DNA of 64,000 nt, taken from NCBI GenBank assembly GCA_951406725.2, contig OX597841.1, forward strand, positions 4,216,001 to 4,280,000. The letters are read 5' to 3'. Positions within the stretch are counted from its first letter, which is position 1. Each line of letters starts with the position of its first letter. The notes beneath the pieces were generated by a model that made no database searches, was not told the origin of the DNA, and saw only the letters and a program-made list of their open reading frames with translations. The translations under genes and the position numbers were made by a program. Shown piece after piece: positions 44,692 through 57,666 of the stretch. Origin of the DNA: Octopus vulgaris. Its lineage: Eukaryota.

Positions 44692-45291
44692 TTTCCTTCC
44701 AGAAGAAAATATGAATATGTAACTATGTGTGTGTGTGCATGATAATGTATTCTATGAGAGTTTGCTTGTGTAATGCACGAACGTATGCATGTTTATACAT
44801 TCATTTTAGCTATAGAACAACAAAACATACACCTACACATATATATATATATATGAGTCTGTGTGTATAAGCGTTTGTATGTGTGTGTGTGTGCGTTTGG
44901 ATGTCACACCTTTACATAATAATTCTGTATCATACCCTGACGATCGTATCAAGGAATTTGGACGCAGTGATCCTCAGTGTATTTTCATGGTAGTTGCTGA
45001 AGCAAAATACAAGATGGCGGCGTGTTACATGAAGGTTGATGTCAGCAGTGGTTTGTCGTTTGTTATAAATAAGACGGCAAAGTGTTGTATCGTATCTAGA
45101 AGTGGAAAATAGTCCTGTTCATCGCCGCCATCCCCTCCATCCCCTCCGCGTTATTGGTGACGTGTCTCCTATATGATATTTCTCAGTCAAACATACATCG
45201 CACTGTTCCTGCATAGAGTGGATCTCACAAAGATACACTATCTGACGTAGGTAAAAGCATCATTTTATAAATAAATCATGTAGACGGACAT

Positions 45292-45679
45292 CCCCTCTTC
45301 ACCGTGGTGGGAACGCTGGCAACGGGTAGTGTCAGAGCTATGCCGTCGGGAACTTCGGTTCCTGGTAGGGCCGCCCAAGGCGGATTGGACTGACACCGAG
45401 TGGTATTAGGGCCACAACCCGGCAGACGGGGCTCTGGTGAAAATCCTCGGAGTGTCTGCTTCGGCAACCGGCGGCTCCTCGGTCGTTCTGCCCCTGCGTC
45501 TGCGGACAATCTGCGGCAAACAGGATGTCTCCACATGCGGGATTGTTGGGGACCGCTTGTGAAATTCATATTCCCACGAAACTTCTTCCACCGCCATGGT
45601 TCGAGATGCCTCGCGGGTGGTAGAAGAAGCCGACTCAACCCGCCCAGGGTGAATGTCGCCAGAAGTACAAGTACAAGTA
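45292..45679 (+). mobile_element. Bipartite non-autonomous RTE-derived retroelement
   Basis: 10-bp TSD AGACGGACAT (45282-45291, 45680-45689); 5' part has GAGCTATGCCG...CTGGTAGGG.C.CCCAAGGC, like RTE/Expander 5' UTRs; 3' part encodes ...EEADSTRPG* then an (AAGTAC)n tail, matching the RTE end at 32153-32185. Confidence 0.85.
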
Positions 45680-45990
45680 AGACGGACATAGCAAGGCATT
45701 TATTGAAGCCTAAGCGACGGCTTCGTTTATCTATGTTCTGCCAATAGACATTGGTCGATCTGAGATTGTGATAGAAGGTTCCTGCTCAAAGTACCGGACA
45801 TCGAATATCTGAAACCTCGTGGTTGCAAAACGAACATTTTGACCGCACTGCCATGCCGACCACTATGTATTACCTACTGCTATTTATTGTCTTCTACCAT
45901 CTGTTTACCTGTGTATTCGCGTTTCTATTTCTGTGTGTTGCATATGTGTATGTATGAATTATGAGATAGATATGCATCACATACACGCAT

Positions 45991-46570
45991 AGGCGCAGGA
46001 GTGGCTGTGTGGCAAGTAGCTTGCTAACCAACCACATGGTTCCGGGTTCAGTCCCACTGCGTGGCATCTTGGGGCAAGTGTCTTCTGCTATAGCCTCGGG
46101 CTGACCAAAGCCTTGTGAGTGGATTTGGTAGACGGAAACTGAAAGAAGCCTGTCGTATATATGTATATAAATTGGAATAGGAGTGGCTGTGTGGCAAGTA
46201 GCTTGCTAACCAACCACATGGTTCCGGGTTCAGTCCCACTGCGTGGCATCTTGGGCAAGTGTCTTCTGCTATAGCCTCGGGCTGACCAAAGCCTTGTGAG
46301 TGGATTTGGTAGACGGAAACTGAAAGAAGCCTGTCGTATATATGTATGTGTGTGTATATGTGTGTGTGTTTGTGTTTGTCCCCCTAGCATTGCTTGACAA
46401 CCGATGCTGGTGTGTTTACGTCCCCGTCCATTAGCGGTTCGGCAAAAGAGACCGGTAGAATAAGTACTGGGCTTACAAAAGAATAAGTCCTGGGGTCGAT
46501 TTGCTCGACTAAAGGCGGTGCTCCAGCATGGCCGCAGTCAAATGACTGAAACAAGTAAAAGAGAGAGAGA
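45991..46570 (+). mobile_element. SINE family A with duplicated 5' half
   Basis: Head half at 45991-46160 is repeated at 46178-46340; both share the GGCAAGTAG and GGCTGACC variants. Confidence 0.92.
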
Positions 46571-46902
46571 GAGTATATACACAAACACATACACAGACAA
46601 AGATATACAGACACACAGACACGCACAAACAAGTGATTTTGTAATCGACGGTGCAAAGTGCACCGGGCTTGTACATCTGAAGAAGTGCGACGAATATCGT
46701 ATCGTTCATACAGATACTAAAAGTCCTGAGTGTAAGTTTCCATAGCTGTACTGTGCAATGAATATAGTCCTCTAGTTCCAACGATATTGAAGTCTACTTC
46801 TTTTATCGTCAACGCAGTTTGTCAAGACACACACACAAACACACACAGACACACACACACACACACACACAGAGACACACACACACAGGCACACACACAC
46901 AG

Positions 46903-46934
<32 letters not shown>

Positions 46935-46935
<1 letters not shown>

Positions 46936-47122
46936 GGGAGAATTCACAAAAAATAAAAGACGAAGACAGGTGGTGTAGACAACAAACAGATGCATTAGTA
47001 TAACGCTCAGGAAGTGAAAAAGTCTTTAACATTTCGAGCCTACGCTCCTCCACAGAAAGGAACACAGAAAGAAACAAGGAGAGAAAATAAAGAATGTGTA
47101 GTGACTATCGATCTACCACGGC

Positions 47123-47166
<44 letters not shown>

Positions 47167-47365
47167 CGGGAAAGTTTACGAAAATAAACAAAAGACGAAG
47201 GCAGGTGGAGTACAAACAAACAAATGCATTAGTATAGCGCTCAGGAATAGAAATAGAAAAAGTCTTTTATGTTTCGAGCCTACGCTCTTCGGCAGAAAGA
47301 TACACAGAAAGAAACAAGGAGAGAAAATAAAGAATGTGTAGTGGCTAGCGATCTATCATGGTGAA
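46935..47365 (-). mobile_element. Two tandem family F copies separated by (TA)n
   Basis: Hammerhead-like motifs at 47023-47060 (core CUGUGGA) and 47263-47300 (core CUGCCGA). Confidence 0.8.
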
Positions 47366-47807
47366 TGCCGGACAGAAGGCATTGAGTACTTGGGGGTCGA
47401 TGTATAGGTTTGGGGTACCACATTACTACGAGTGAGTGACCCTTACCCTTTTTTGAGAAGGAAAGTTCTAATGGTAAAATGTACGGCTCGGTGACAGCTA
47501 ATGATGTTGACTAGATTTTTTTGGAGGTGTCTGTCATCGTTGCTGACAAAGTAGGATTTGTTTGTGTGCAGGGCTTCTCCTTCTTTTAAGAAAAATACCA
47601 TTCTCAGGCATCGCCTGACGTACCAGCATCGCCATCTTATTCTCGAGAATGAGGAAGTGGCCATCATGTATGTATATATATGTATGCATGTACGTGTGTA
47701 TGTATCTATGCATGTACATACGTATGGATGTATTTCTGTATGAATGTATATATATATATATATACATTCATACAAAAATACATCCATATATATATATATA
47801 TATACAT

Positions 47808-47870
<63 letters not shown>

Positions 47871-47940
47871 GGTCCCGGGTTGATTCGGGGTTAACCACAG
47901 TAAATAAGGTACTCAATACATAGCAGAGTAAAATTAATTT

Positions 47941-48054
47941 ATTATATAGAAGGAGCTTCTACAGGACTAGAACTGTTTCATTCAAGAGAAATCTTCAGGA
48001 AGCGCTGAAGATTTCTCTTGAATGAAACAGTTCTAGTCCTGTAGAAGCTCTTTC

Positions 48055-48062
<8 letters not shown>
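47941..48062. repeat. Near-perfect 58-bp-arm inverted repeat
   Basis: 47941-47998 vs 48005-48062, one mismatch, 6-nt spacer GAAGCG; the arms contain CTGAAGA...GAAAC. Confidence 0.95.
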
Positions 48063-48128
<66 letters not shown>

Positions 48129-48156
48129 TTGTATATATATATATAATATATATATA

Positions 48157-48189
<33 letters not shown>

Positions 48190-48239
48190 ATTTGTATATA
48201 TATATGTGTGTGTGTTATATATTTATATTCATAAAACAC

Positions 48240-48345
48240 ACATACGCGTATATATATACACATACATACTCGCACACACACACATTATATAAACATATAT
48301 ATATATATATATGCACATACATGTGTGCACACGTACACACACACG

Positions 48346-48378
<33 letters not shown>

Positions 48379-48459
48379 CACACACAAACACAAACACAAA
48401 CACACACACACAAACACAAACACACACAAACACAAACACAGACACAAACACACAAACAC

Positions 48460-48490
<31 letters not shown>

Positions 48491-48816
48491 TACACACACA
48501 CACGTACACACAAACACAAACACAAACACACACACAAACACAAACACACACAAAAACGTACACACACATTATATAAACATATATATATATATATATGCAC
48601 ATACATGTGTGCACACGTACACACACGCAAACACACACACACACACACACAGACACACACAAACACACACACACACACCTACACAAACACACAAACACAC
48701 ATACAAACACACACAAACACACACAAACACACACGCACCCACACATATTATATAAACATATATATATATATATATGCACATACATTGTGCACACGTACAC
48801 ACACACACACAAACAG

Positions 48817-48850
<34 letters not shown>

Positions 48851-48862
48851 AAACACACACAA

Positions 48863-48903
<41 letters not shown>

Positions 48904-48910
48904 CACACGC
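48240..48910. repeat. Compound (CA)/(CAAACA)n satellite with a triplicated anchor
   Basis: ATTATATAAACATATA...TGCACATACAT.TGTGCACACGTACAC occurs three times. Confidence 0.9.
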
Positions 48911-48953
48911 GTGGCTATGTGTCTATGCGCGTATTCGAAAATATTAATCTCAA

Positions 48954-48984
<31 letters not shown>

Positions 48985-49237
48985 CTTCCTTCGCTGCACA
49001 TTTTAACCTCCGTCCATTCGTTTCCCTTTTATCACCAGACCCGCCACGCTTCATAGTAAATTCCTCTCCGCCGCCGCCGCCACCGATCGCCAATTGCACC
49101 GACCCCGCCTCTTTCACCCTTCGGAGTGGGCGGGTACGAGGTCATGTGATGTCAGCAATGTTTATTGTCTGTGAATAATAATACACACTTAGAATGGAAA
49201 CAACAGCGACAAAAGCCTCTCCATATCCCAAGCCTAT

Positions 49238-49712
49238 TTGGTGGTACGGCGGCGGTGGCGGTGGTGGTGGTGGTGGCGGCGGCGGCAGTGGTGGTGGTAT
49301 AGGTGGGGGGTATACGTGGTGGTGGTGGTAGAGATGCTGTTGATAGTGGAGAAGGTGGTGGTGGTGGTGGCGGCGATGGTTGTGGTGTCTTTGAAAAAGA
49401 TGGTGGTAGAGGTGGTGTTGACTGTGGTTCTGGTGTTGTTGGTGGCGGCGGCGGCGGCGGTGGTAGTGTTGTTGTTGATCTTAGTAGTGTTAGTAGTAGT
49501 GGTGGCTTTTGAGGAGATATTGGGGGGGAGTGGCGTGAGATAACAGTGGTGGGTGGTGGTGGTGGTGGTGGCGATAATTGTGCTGGAGGTGATGGTGGTG
49601 GTGGTGGTGATGGTGATAGAGATGCTGTTGATAGTGGTGGGGATGGAGTGGCGGTGCTGGTGGTGGTGGTGGTGGTGGTGGTGGTGGTGGTGGTTGTGGT
49701 GGTGGTGGTAGT
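49238..49712. repeat. Degenerate (GGT)n low-complexity tract
   Basis: Directly visible; source of the Pro/Thr/Gly-rich pseudo-ORFs. Confidence 0.9.
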
Positions 49713-49889
49713 AGCTTGCTCATAGGGCTGACCGAACATCATCACTGTCATCATCATCATCAACAGCAGCAGTTGCAGCGTCGATAATAATAACAAATAA
49801 ATCTATTAACTGGTAAATGAACAAACGAGGGAAACCTCCACGTGGTAGCTAGACTTGTTAGAAATAGCAGCCAGATCACAATGTCTATA

Positions 49890-50544
49890 TGGAAGCACTC
49901 CGTCGGTTACGACGACGAGGGTTCCGGTTGATCCGAATCAACGGAACAGCCTGCTCGTGAAATTAACTTGTAAGTGGCTGAGCACTCCACAGACACTTGT
50001 ACCCTTAACGTAGTTCTCGGGGATATTCAGCGTGACACAGAGAGTGACAAGGCCGGCCCTTTGAAATACAAGGTACAACAGAAACAGGAAGTAAGAGTGA
50101 GAGAAAGTTGTGGTGAAAGAGTACAGCAGGGATCACCCCCCCCCTGCCAGAGCCTCGGATGGAAGCACTCCGTCGGTTACGACGACGAGGGTTCCGGTTG
50201 ATCCGAATCAACGGAACAGCCTGCTCGTGGAATTAACGTGTAAGTGGCTGAGCACTCCACAGACACGTGTACCCTTAACGTAGTTCTCGGGGATATTCAG
50301 CGTGGCACAGAGAGTGACAAGGCCGGCCCTTTGAAATACAGGTACAACAGAAATAGGAAGTAAGAGTGAGAGAAAGTTGTGGTGAAGGAGTACAGCAGGG
50401 ATCACCACCATCCCCTGCCGGAGCCTCGTGGAGCTTTAGGTGTTTTCGCTCAATAAACACTCACAACGCCCGGTCTGGGAATCGAAGCCGCGATCCTACG
50501 ACCGCGAGTCCGCTGCCCTAACCACTGGGCCATTGCGCCTCCAC
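49890..50544 (-). mobile_element. SINE family B with duplicated 3' ~270 bp inside a single TSD
   Basis: TSD ACAATGTCTATA at 49878-49889 and 50545-50556; the 3' segment is present twice (49890-50158 and 50159 to about 50428). Confidence 0.92.
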
Positions 50545-50592
50545 ACAATGTCTATATAAATAATTGTTAAACCAACATGAGAGATCTCTATA

Positions 50593-51275
50593 TATTCTTT
50601 TCTACTCTAGGCACAAAGCCCGAAATTTTGGGGGAGGGGCCAGTCGATTAGATCGACACCGCTCCGCAACTGGTACTTAATTTATCGACCCCTAAAGGAT
50701 GAAAGGTAAAGTCGACCTCAGAGGAATTTGAACTCAGAACGTAAAGAAATACGAAATACCGCCAAGAATTTCGCCTGGCGTGCTAACGTTTCTTATTTCT
50801 TTACTACCCACAAGGGGCTAATCACAGAGGGGACAAACAAGGACAGACAAAGGGATTAAGTCGTTTACATCGATCCCAGTGCGTAACTGGTACTTAATTT
50901 ATCGACCCCGAAAGGATGAAAGGCAAAGTCGACCTCGGTGGAATTTGAACTCAGAACGTAACGGCAGACGAAATACCTATTTCTTTACTATCCACAAGGG
51001 GCTAAACATAGAGGGGACAAACAAGGACAGACAAAGGGATTAAGTCGTTTACATCGATCCCAGTGCGTAACTGGTACTTAATTTATCGACCCCGAAAGGA
51101 TGAAAGGCAAAGTCAGCCTCAGAGGAATTTGAACTCAGAACGTAACGGCAGACGAAATGCCTATTTCTTTACTACCCACAAGGGGCTAAACATAGAGGGG
51201 ACAAACAAGGACAGACAAAGGGATTAAGTCGATTATATCGACCCCCAGTGCGTAACTGGTACTTAATCGTTCCCG
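50593..51275 (-). mobile_element. SINE family D tandem array (~4 units)
   Basis: Repeated GTCGACC...GGAATTTGAACTCAGAACGTA and ACAAGGGGCTAA...GGACAAACAAGGACAGAC units about 180 bp apart. Confidence 0.9.
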
Positions 51276-51673
51276 AAAGCCAATACATGCATATATATAC
51301 ATACATACGGATATACATATTTCCGTATACACATACACACTCACGCATACACATTATATATGTGTAGACATACAGACAGACATTTACAAGGAATCTACAA
51401 TTAATATCTTAAAATATATTTAAGACATTTTCGAGCGCCAAGCAAAGATTATAAAAAAGTAAATCTCCCATAAGACCCGGACTGTCTAATTTCCTGGACG
51501 GGTGATCAAAAATGTCTTTAATGGCGGAACGTCATTTGTGATAGGAATTCTGATTGAAAAATTGCTGATTTTCCTCAGTATAATTCTTTGGCCTTCTGAT
51601 AGTTAACATAACATAAATTTCATTAAAAGGTCAAGAAGAACCCACTTTCCCGCTGCTGTGTATTCATTCTTCC

Positions 51674-51704
<31 letters not shown>

Positions 51705-51791
51705 TGTATGTATGTATGTATGTATGTATGTATGTATGTATGTATGTATGAATATATGTATGTATGTAGGTATATGTGTGTGTACATATAT

Positions 51792-51843
<52 letters not shown>

Positions 51844-52120
51844 TAAATTAGAGATAAAACCACTATTAGGCAAATCAAACAGTGAAAAACATAAGCCAAT
51901 ACATAAAATTAATTTAAAATATAAAAGTTAAAAATAAAAAATTATTTAAATAATTTAAACTTATAAATTTTATATATATATACAAATATATATATATATG
52001 TATGTATGTATATTTTTATATTTATATATTATTTTATTAATTAATTAATTTATTTATTTATTTATTTTTTTTTATATATATCAAAAGTATTAAAAGTTTA
52101 ATAAAAGATAAAGAGTAAAA

Positions 52121-52213
52121 CACTACGATCGTTTCATGGCTGTACCAATTCGAATAACAATAATTTAAATTCAATTAATAATTCGAGTTATGGTTACAGT
52201 CAATCTTCAGGTT
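52121..52213 (-). ncRNA. Type I hammerhead-like motif in an extremely AT-rich block
   Basis: Minus strand AC-CUGAAGA-U-UGACUGUA(A)CCA...UGGUACAGCCA-U-GAAA-C-GAUC-G-UA-GU: long stem II, palindromic CGAUCG, GUA triplet; stem I short. Confidence 0.6.
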
Positions 52214-52933
52214 AATTGAAATATTTTTAAAATAATCAGAAATATTTAAACAATATTTTTAAGATATAAATAATATAATAATTTTACTTATAATAAACTC
52301 TATTATTAAACTAGAAACTTAAAACTTAACAATTATGATTATATCAAAATCAATTATAATGTTAAATATTAATTTTAATTTATAAGGTAGGAAACCCACC
52401 AATAATTTAATATCGGTAATAGTCTATATCTAATTACATAAATATTAAAAAAAAACTATTATATATAAATTATCAATGAAAATATATAAATGTATATAAA
52501 TATTATAATTAAGATCTAAAATAATCTCTATAAATAAATATATATGCACATATACTAAAAACCTAATAAATTAATATATTTAAAGATGAAATAGCTAATT
52601 TAAAAAATACAAACAAACAAACTTAAACGAACTTTCGGAAATCTTATGTAAAATACTTATAGAAATAATCAATTCGTAGTTATATAGTATCGAATAAATA
52701 CTATAAATATAATTATGAAAATTATATAAATATAATTACAAAACCTCGCTAAGATAAGTATTTATTTATATTTAAGATCTTTAAATTGTAAAGTGCTCAA
52801 CTGGTCCATTATTTCATCGACCCCGAAAGGAAGAAAGACAAAGACGACTTCGACCGAATTTGAACTCAGTAAAGACGGACGAAATGCCGCTAAGCACTTT
52901 ACACGGTGCGGTAACAATTCTGCCAGCGCTCTC

Positions 52934-52974
<41 letters not shown>

Positions 52975-53049
52975 TATAATATCAAAAGTTGATTAGCCCG
53001 GCCGGGATGAAACTGAGTAATCTATTTAATTCTCTGTCAATCTTACCGA

Positions 53050-53158
<109 letters not shown>

Positions 53159-53186
53159 GCACTCACGCACGCACACACACACACAA

Positions 53187-53230
<44 letters not shown>

Positions 53231-53239
53231 TTATTTTTT

Positions 53240-53825
<586 letters not shown>

Positions 53826-53841
53826 TTATGCAAGAGTTTTC

Positions 53842-53932
53842 TTGACAGAGACATCGAAGGTTCGGCCGGCTAAGCCATCGTCGGACTGTCCGACGCTGGC
53901 TTGGCTACTCAGAACTTCGATGTCACTATTAA
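53842..53932. repeat. ~90-bp GC-rich imperfect palindrome
   Basis: GACATCGAAG(G)TTC..GGCTAAGCCA.CGTCGGAC-T-GTCCGACG.TGGCTTGGCT..GAACTTCGATGTC, centred on 53887. Confidence 0.85.
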
Positions 53933-54254
53933 TAACATTCTTGTTTAAGAATAATAAATATGTATTCTGCAAAAGTATTGAGTAACCCATCAGGTTAATG
54001 TAAAATTGTTATTATAATTGAACATAAACACGCACTCACACGGACACACGGACACACACACACGTATGAATATGCATACATACATATATACATACACACA
54101 CACACACACGCATATATGTATATATATACACATATATATTTATGTGTGTGTGTATCTGTGACTGTCTGAATGCATTTAGGGAGAAAGCGGATGAGAGATA
54201 CATGCACGCACACATACATACACACACACTCACACGCACACACAGAGAAAGAGT

Positions 54255-54286
<32 letters not shown>

Positions 54287-54963
54287 CACGCTCATACAGA
54301 GAAAAAAAATGGCTGGCAATTATGCCGTTTCGACGTCGCGCTGATATTGAGACGCCATTTTGTTGAGGGTCTTTACATTTCTCCTTAAAACGTCACTGTC
54401 CGTGTACCTCTCTCCTTTCCCTCCACGCCCACCCACCCACCCCAATTTCTCCTCTGATTTTTTTTCCTCCACTCACACCACCTCACTCCACCCTTCACTG
54501 CTACTTCCACCCACTCACTCACCGGAACAGAACGAGTTTGCTTGCACACACGCAAACTTCCACCAAAACAAAGGAAAAACAAATAAATAAAAACGACAAA
54601 TAAATAAATAAATATACTATAGCCGCCATTTTGGTTGTTTGTATTGTTTATTGCGTTTGTTACTGTCGTTGTTCTGCTTGGTAGCTAATGTTCGTGTTGA
54701 TGTTGTTGTTATTGCTGTTGTATCCATTCGTGTTCTCGCTATTGTTGCAGTAATTTCATTGCTGGGATGGTATAATTGATGTTGTTGTTGTTATTGTTGC
54801 TGTTGTTTTTTGGCCTTTATATATATTTGCTGTTGCTGCTTTTTTTTGTTTTATTATTTCAGCTAGTCGCCATCTGCCGAGGTTTTTTTTTTCTCTCCCT
54901 TCCAAACTCGGAGAGGACATTTTCATATTCTCTTCGTCGTCTGTCACTCTGTCAGTTTGTCTG

Positions 54964-54967
<4 letters not shown>

Positions 54968-55019
<52 letters not shown>

Positions 55020-55227
55020 GTCTTCAACATCATCATCATCATCATCGTCATCATCATCATCGTCTTCATCATCATCGTCATCATCATCATCGTCTTCATC
55101 ATCGTCTTCATCGTCATCATCATCATCATCGTCTTCATCATCATCATCATCATCATCATCATCGTCTTCATCATCATCATCATCATCGTCGTTCGTCATC
55201 GTCATCATCATCGTCACCATCACCATC

Positions 55228-55261
<34 letters not shown>

Positions 55262-55413
55262 TCATCATCGTAATCGTCATCATCATCATCACCATCATCA
55301 CCATTACCATCACACCATCACCACTACAAACATTACCACAAACACTACCACCATCACCACCACCGCCACAAGCGCCAATTCCTTGCTCCCCCCCCCCACC
55401 CCATACACACATA

Positions 55414-55475
<62 letters not shown>
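54968..55475. repeat. (CAT)n/(CAC)n tract followed by (CTA)n
   Basis: Directly visible; source of the poly-D/H/I/M pseudo-ORFs. Confidence 0.96.
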
Positions 55476-55476
<1 letters not shown>

Positions 55477-55894
55477 GTCACCTTTTTCTTCTTTCTTTCT
55501 TTCTTTCTTCATTTTCTTCCTTAAAGGCAATATAATTTAATAATCTCATTAAACCCCACCAACATTCCCATCACCCTCACCATCATCATCATCACCACCA
55601 CCAACCATTGTTTTTTTTTTTTCTGGTTTTGCTTTTTTTTTTTCATTTGTCACTCCTCCTTCTCTTGCTCATCGTGTCACATGATGCGAGGACACCTCTG
55701 AACACTGCACACTTCTCTACACATCAATAACCATCTTAACTTCCGGCTGTTTAAATTTAGCCTTAGAAGAGCTAACGAGGGTGTCCCTACGTGGAAGTTT
55801 TGGATTATAAGAAATAGCAGCCAAATCTTCCTCAAACCATGCCCCTTCCGTCTCAAACGCTGAAAAAACAAAAAAAATAGAAAATGTAATAATA

Positions 55895-56298
55895 TATTTC
55901 TTTATTGCCCACAAGGGGCTAAACACAGAGAGGACAAACAAGGACAGACAAACGGATTAAGTCGATTATATCGACCCCAGTGCGTAACTGGTACTTATTT
56001 AATCGACCCCGAAAGGATGAAAGGAAAAGTCGACCTCGGCGGAATTTGAACTCAGAACGTAGCGGCAGATGAAATACCTATTTCTTTACTATCCACAAGG
56101 GGCTAACACAGAGAGAACAAACAAGGACAGACAAACGGAAAAGTCGATTATATCGACCCCAGAGCGTAACTGGTACTTAATTTATCGACCCCGAAAGGAT
56201 GAAAGGAAAAGTCGACCTCGACGGTATTTGAACTCACAACGTAATGGCAGACGAAATACGGCTACGCATTTCGCCCGGCGTGCTAACGTTTCTGCCAG
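55895..56298 (-). mobile_element. SINE family D, two-unit array
   Basis: Head near 56298, then a head-less second unit. Confidence 0.9.
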
Positions 56299-56320
56299 AA
56301 AATGTTATATTAGATATCCA

Positions 56321-56487
56321 TAGGCGCAGGAGTGGCTGTGTGGTAAGTAGCTTGATAACCAACCACATGGTTCCGGGTTCAGTCCCACTGCGTGGCATCT
56401 TGGGCAAGTGTCTTCTACTATAGCCTCGGGCCGACCAAAGCCTTGTGAGTGGATTTGGTAGACGGAAACTGAAAGAAGCCTGTCGTA

Positions 56488-56532
<45 letters not shown>

Positions 56533-56742
56533 CTGTGTTTGTCCCCCCTAGCATTGCTTGACAACCAATGCTGGTGTGTTTACGTCCCCGTAACCTAGCG
56601 GTTCGGCAAAAGAGACCAATAGAATAATTACTGGGCTTACAAAAGAATAAGTCCCGGGGGTCGATTTGCTCGACTAAAAGGCGGTGCTCCAGCATGGCCG
56701 CAGTCAAATGACTGAAACAAGTAAAAGAGAGTAAAAGAGTAT
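56321..56742 (+). mobile_element. SINE family A, full length
   Basis: Matches the consensus. Confidence 0.93.
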
Positions 56743-56939
56743 AAAAAGACGAGTTGGGTTTCGGTTGGAATCGTTTTGACCCCAGATCTCCTCGACAAGA
56801 GTCGACCTACGGCTAAAACATCAACACCATGGCAATGACCCAGCAGCAAAGCCTCTACGCCATCGATCCGCCTGCTAGAATCCACAGTCAAATCTTCCTC
56901 CATTGCGTCTTAATGAAATTAAATGAAATAATGTAGAAG

Positions 56940-57647
56940 TATTTCGTTTTTGGATTTGGTTTGCAAGATTCTTTATATGAGTTCGTGTGTTGAAGCATAT
57001 TCTGTTGTGTCTGGGGAGAGTCATTCTCTTCTTGTGTCCTACAATATAACACATTCACCGGTAAAATTTCCACTTTTTTCTTATTTTTATTTTCCTAAAA
57101 TTTTCGTTGCGTCTTGCAACCTTTTCAATAGTCAACCCTGAAGTTTCAATAGTCAACCCTGAAGTTTCAGCCGCGAAATACACAGATCTGGGACAAAGCC
57201 AAGTGACATCAGATGCTGTAGAACAATTATTTGATTCTGAAAAAATCCTTGCAAAAGACAGAAACTTTTCTGTCTGCAATAAATTTCCTGAATAGTTATT
57301 TTTTATATTTTGTTTTTGGATTTGGTTTGCAAGATTCTTTATATGAGTTCGTGTGTTGAAGCATATTCTATTGTGTCTGGAGAGAGTCATTCTCTTTTAG
57401 TATCTTATTATTTAATATACTCACCGTAAAATTTCACTTATTTCGTCTTTTTATTTTCCTAATATTTTCGTTGCGTCTTGCAACCTTTTCAATAGTCTTT
57501 TCAATGAGAGTCAAGACTTTTAAAAAGGTTGCAAGACGCAACGAAAATTATAGGAAAATAAAGACGAAATAAGTGGAAATTTTACCGGTGTGTGTGTTAA
57601 ATATTAAGGTACTATAAGAGAATGACTCTCCCCAGACACAACAGAAT
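56940..57647. mobile_element. Family C cluster: half copy plus fold-back copy
   Basis: Direct repeats 56940-57135 and 57310-57495, then inverted arm 57520-57647; 21-bp tandem duplication at 57129-57169. Confidence 0.8.
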
Positions 57648-57666
57648 GTAGTAGTACATACTCAGG

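Noticed and set aside
45276-45747. GC-rich ORFs as a host exon or CpG-island gene
   Set aside because: The TSD, RTE-type tail and 5' UTR motif explain the segment as a retroelement.
49152-49796. Extensin/mucin-like Pro-Thr ORF with an apparent signal peptide
   Set aside because: Derived from degenerate (GGT)n and (CAT)n tracts; no splice or codon evidence.
54756-55535. Poly-Asp, poly-His and poly-Ile ORFs
   Set aside because: (CAT)n trinucleotide microsatellite.
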